Assembly (NCBI RefSeq): GCF_006345805.1
Contig: NC_043009.1
Location: forward strand, 67,952,001-68,016,000
Length of the DNA stretch: 64,000 bases
From: Octopus sinensis
Taxonomy: Eukaryota
Direction: 5' to 3'
Below are positions 59,208 through 64,000 of this stretch, piece after piece. The stretch's first letter is position 1. The number at the start of each line of letters is the position of its first letter. A model generated the notes under the pieces. It was given only the letters and a program-made list of their open reading frames with translations. It was not told where the DNA came from and did no database searches. The position numbers were made by a program, and so were the translations under genes.

Positions 59208-59259
59208 GTCTTACAGCTGTTTCTAGGATATTAATTAATAATATCCCTTCATCGGAGAC
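59208..59259 (-). ncRNA. Type-I hammerhead motif (U4C variant) with palindromic helix III
   Basis: rc: gtct-CCGATGA-a-gggatatt[attaatt]aatatcct-a-GAAA-cagctg-TA-agac. Confidence 0.75.
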
Positions 59260-59516
59260 GGTGTGAGAGAATGGTTAAGTAATAGTTAATTTAGATATGA
59301 TACAAATAGAAAGTGAGGTGGAGGAAAGAAAATAGATGTAAGATGTGTATGGCTATTGAGTTCATAAATCCGTTTTATAGGCATAATGGTATATATGTGT
59401 AATATTCCAATATCCTTTGAGTAAAATCCAAAAGTCCAACAGAGTTTAATATGAGTCCATCCAGATGTAAAGTTTATAAGCAATGTAAGATTCTCTTAAA
59501 GTTACCTGGCACGTTT

Positions 59517-59576
<60 letters not shown>

Positions 59577-59971
59577 TCGTACATTCGACGGGTTATTTTC
59601 AGTTTTCGTCTACCAAATACACTCACAAACTTTTGGTCGACCCGAAGCTATATTAGAAAATGTCTGCTAATTTCCACGCAGTGGGATTGAACCTATGGCA
59701 TCAAATTCGAAACTACGTGCTTGTGAATCGATTACAGCTAAAAAGCACATCCACGTAAAAAAAAAAAAAACACGCACACACCATCAAATCTTTTCTACTC
59801 TACACACAAGGCCCGAAATTTTGAAGGAGGGGGTCATGTCGATTGAATCGGCCCCAGTACGCAACTGGTACTTAATTTATCGACCCTGAAAGGATGAAAG
59901 GCAAATTCACGCACACACCATCAAATACAGGCACTAACCTACTCACACACAGACAGACACACACACACACA

Positions 59972-60012
<41 letters not shown>

Positions 60013-60044
60013 CACACACACACCACACGCACACACACACACGC

Positions 60045-60084
<40 letters not shown>

Positions 60085-60501
60085 ACACACACACTCCATT
60101 ACGTTCCCACGTTTACTACAAGTTACTCTGGTTCAAACGTGATTTGCTTAAGAAACGAGCAATGAAAATACTCCAACGACAAAATACGCAGAAAAGCCAA
60201 GTGAAACAATAAAACTACGCAAATAGGGTCTCGTGTTCTTTAATGGCATCGCACTAAAAGGCAATTGCGAGTCGAATGTCGAGGAAATGCTGCAAAGCAA
60301 ACATCCGGTGGAAGTGATAGAACGGAACAACAGGAACCAGGCTTTATATGTCTGTAACTCTGTGTGTGTGTGTGTGTGTGTGTAATTGTGAATACGTGAA
60401 TGTGCATGTATATATTTATGTATTCACGTATACATATATATATATATTATATATATATATATATTGTATGTAAATACATTTATCTACCTAACTATGCATA
60501 T

Positions 60502-60532
<31 letters not shown>

Positions 60533-60664
60533 ATATATATATATATATTATATATATATATATACATGCATATATGTGTATGAAAGGAGAAATACCTTAA
60601 CAGCACTTCCAAACCAGTTGTTTCTACTTGTTGAGTTATGACGAGTTATCATCAGCTCCGTCTA

Positions 60665-60717
<53 letters not shown>

Positions 60718-61109
60718 TGATCGTTGTCCTGTTCAGATGTGTTTTCAAATCGTGTTTCTTCAAAGCATTGGGTTTTACCAGGACTGCTTGGAATGGTATT
60801 TTCTTTTTAAATATATTCTCAGGCAGAGAATCTTTGGAGGATTTTGATGTTAGCTCAGTGTTCTGGAAAAAAAATATATAATATAAAATCCATTTTGTAT
60901 CTCTTATATGTTTACATGCATATATTAGTTGCTTATGAGAGGAAAAAATAATTAATAATGAACACGAGAGCGCAAAACAAACAACAAATGATGAAAAAGA
61001 ATATTCTACATCACGACATAGACGTACTGGAAGACAAAAAAACATCATAACTATATTACTCGTGGTAGTGACACCAGAGTGAATAATTCTGGTGACCTTT
61101 TAACAATGC

Positions 61110-61364
61110 TAACGACATTCACGTGCGCGCACAGAGTTTGCCGAAAGAAAATATTGAAAAAAAATACTGTGATACTGAGTTTTGTCGTTAATAGCAATGG
61201 AAGACTTTTGAAAAGGCGCAGGCGTAGACGTGTGACAATAAATTTGGTTCGCAGCCATGTGGTCCTGGGTTTAGTCCTACAGCGAGACACCTTGGGTCAG
61301 AGTCGCAGAATCGTAATATATATATATATATATTATATATATATATATATGTATATATAGTATA

Positions 61365-61418
<54 letters not shown>

Positions 61419-61423
61419 TATAT

Positions 61424-61467
<44 letters not shown>

Positions 61468-61468
61468 C

Positions 61469-61499
<31 letters not shown>

Positions 61500-61562
61500 C
61501 ATAAATACATACACATATATATATATATATACATATATATATACATAAATACATACACACAC

Positions 61563-61609
<47 letters not shown>

Positions 61610-61835
61610 TATATATATATATTATATATATATATATATATACATACATACATACATGTATGTATATATGTATATGTATAGGGCCACATGGTTGCGAAGC
61701 AAATTTATCGTCACACGTCTACGTATGCGCCTTTTCAAAGGTCTTCCATTGCTATTAACGACAAAACTCAGCATTACAGTATTTTTTTCAATATTTTCTT
61801 TCGGCAAACTCTTTGCGCGCACGTGAATGTCGTTA
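61110..61835. repeat. ~155-bp inverted duplication (unique DNA + SINE C head) separated by ~415 bp of mostly (TA)n
   Basis: 61110-61265 vs reverse complement of 61681-61835; about 10 substitutions and 1 indel. Confidence 0.93.
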
Positions 61836-62989
61836 ATTCAACAGGGTAGAGTCTCCTAAAACCATTGAAGGGACTGGTAGGGTTATTAAACCGACCGATC
61901 AGTACAGGTACAGAACCCAATATACTTCGTTTACCAAATTTCGCTCCTAAGACTTTGATAGTCTTGATTTTAAGTTAGAAGACGTGCGTTGAATGGTGCA
62001 CAAAGAGATTGAACCCGGAGTTACGTGAATGCGAAATGTTTGGTTAACAGTTGCTTCAACATACACCCATATTTACGTCCAAGTAACGACCAGATAGCGA
62101 GGAAAACATTACAAGTCAAACAGTGAGTCTGCTGACCATCGTTTTCCCAATGTTAATATGTAAACGGAACAAGAATTGTAATTGCAGAGAGCAGCTGAAA
62201 ACATGAAGACAATGAAGTTTAGAGGAGAATATCAATGGAGAATGGAAGACATGGTGTGTGAGGTCTTTAATGTGATAAATACCAAAGTCCATAGGAATTC
62301 ACAACCTTGTCAGAGACTTCTCGCATTCTACAAATTGCCATTTCTGCATTTTTATCGACACGTAAATCTTTACTCCCTGTAAAGTACATCTGGTTCTTAC
62401 GTCAATGACATTTTGACAAACGTTTCTATGAATTTATCAGATATCTCATTTGTAACCCAATTTACTTCAAGGGAACCCAGTTTAGTCATTTCCTCTCCTT
62501 GTAAGTAATTTCCTTTACCTGACATAGGTAAGCCATACAATAAGCTTGATATTATGCTTTGAGTAATGATGCAACAGGCAACAGCGAGCTAGAAATATTT
62601 ACCGTTTCCTGTAGCGCTAACCATTCTTTCACCGCAGCACAACATCTGGCAATCATCATTTGTCAAGTTAGTTAATATTTTGATTCAAAACGTCAGAAAT
62701 TATATTACTTCGTTGAAACGTTTTGACAAACATCAATCGCCGCACATATGCAGAATATTCCTGTTGCTTTTAAGTTAAACTTAGTTACTTAGTTTTAGAA
62801 GATTCAAAGTAAAGCAGATTGCGTTTCGTAGCCGAGAAATCTGTTCTTTGATTTGATAGAGGTTGGTGTTTAATATAAATGAATCACGGTGGATTACATC
62901 AGTTGTAAGCATGTGCTGTCTATCAAAGATTGAAAATTTAAATTGATAATATGTTGCGTCATTCACAAACGCGTGGAATATATGTATAT

Positions 62990-63162
62990 ATAGGTACAAG
63001 CGTGGCTGCGTGTCAAGAAGTTTGTTTCACAACCACATGGTTCCGGGTTCAGTCTTACTGCGTGCTATATTGGGCAAAATTCTTCTACTGTATTTTTGGG
63101 CTGACCTAAGACTTCTGAGTGGATTTGGTAGACGGAAACTGAAATAAACTTGTGTGTGTGTG

Positions 63163-63193
<31 letters not shown>

Positions 63194-63450
63194 TGTGTGT
63201 GTTGTGTGCGTGTGTGTGTGTGCGTGTTTGTGTGTGTGTGTTTGTCCCCCGCCACCGTTCGACAACCGGTATTGGTTTATTTACGCTGCCAAAACTTAGT
63301 GGTTTGGAGAAAAAGACCGATGAAATAAGTACTATTTTAAAGGGCGAAAAAAAAAGAAATTCTGTGATCGATTCATTCGACAAAAGAATTCAAGGTGGTG
63401 CTCGAGTATGGTCGCAATCTAATGTGTGAAGCCAGTAAACGATAAAAAAA
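62990..63450 (+). mobile_element. SINE family C, full length, diverged
   Basis: Homology to 28869-29257 including the internal (TG)n. Confidence 0.88.
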
Positions 63451-64000
63451 TGTTACTATAGTAACAACAGCTACAACTACTACAACAAAAATCTTACCGA
63501 AAACCCATTGAGAAGCAGAAAGCTTATAACTGAATGGAGGAATGAATATGAAAGCAAGTCGACGTGGTTTAATTAAAGATCCGCCCCTGACGGAGCATAC
63601 AAATGATCCAAACTGCTCTAGCCATGACCATCTCGTTATCTAGTGCACGAGAACGAAATTGTTAAGTTGGATCGATATTTCACGGTGTCATCGATTCGTT
63701 ACATAGGTTTGATTGGTGAGAGTTCACTGGGTCTGCTATGAAGATAAATAGCACGGCAGCAGTGACAACATCAGCATGAACCAAAGACGGAATCTCTATA
63801 CTGTTGCTCAACCGAGTAGAAATAACAGCCAAGTCTTTCTCAAAGCACATTCGACAGTCTTTAAAAAGTTCTTGATAAAGTAGTCTTCCACATATTATGT
63901 CTGAAAGCTGAAGCAAATGAGAGAATGAGAGAATGAGAGAATGTGAGAATGAGAGATTGTAGGTAGCTTTAAAATATTTCATAGAATGTCATTATGGTTG

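Noticed and set aside
60608-60660. Further hammerhead-like box pairs (here on -, also near 12861 +, 14012-14038 -, 29948 +, 44045 -)
   Set aside because: Helix I and/or II do not pair, or a box is incomplete; not distinguishable from chance or very old remnants

Overview
Eukaryotic, AT-rich, repeat-dominated DNA with no prokaryotic features. The SINE families and microsatellite load point to an octopus (Octopus sp.) genome; this is pattern recognition, not a database result. Nearly all supplied ORFs are translations of (TA)n, (TACA)n, (CA)n, (TATC)n, (TAA)n, (CTT)n or (CAT)n tracts and are not genes. One convincing host exon, missed by the ORF track, lies at 32974-33096 (+). It has strong splice sites and encodes a signal-peptide-like segment, so most of the window is probably intronic. 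Mobile DNA includes dozens of tRNA-derived SINEs with visibly shuffled head and tail modules, decayed CR1-, RTE- and Dong/R4-type LINE pieces, and a fold-back mariner derivative. The most notable signal is a set of about 11 minimal type-I hammerhead-ribozyme motifs of several sequence families, in short Penelope-like terminal fragments that often abut (TA)n. Two to four look near-intact, several have a palindromic dimer-type helix III, and one sits downstream of a tRNA-like Pol III head. The window also holds six fold-back inverted repeats, including a perfect spacer-less 70-bp palindrome.
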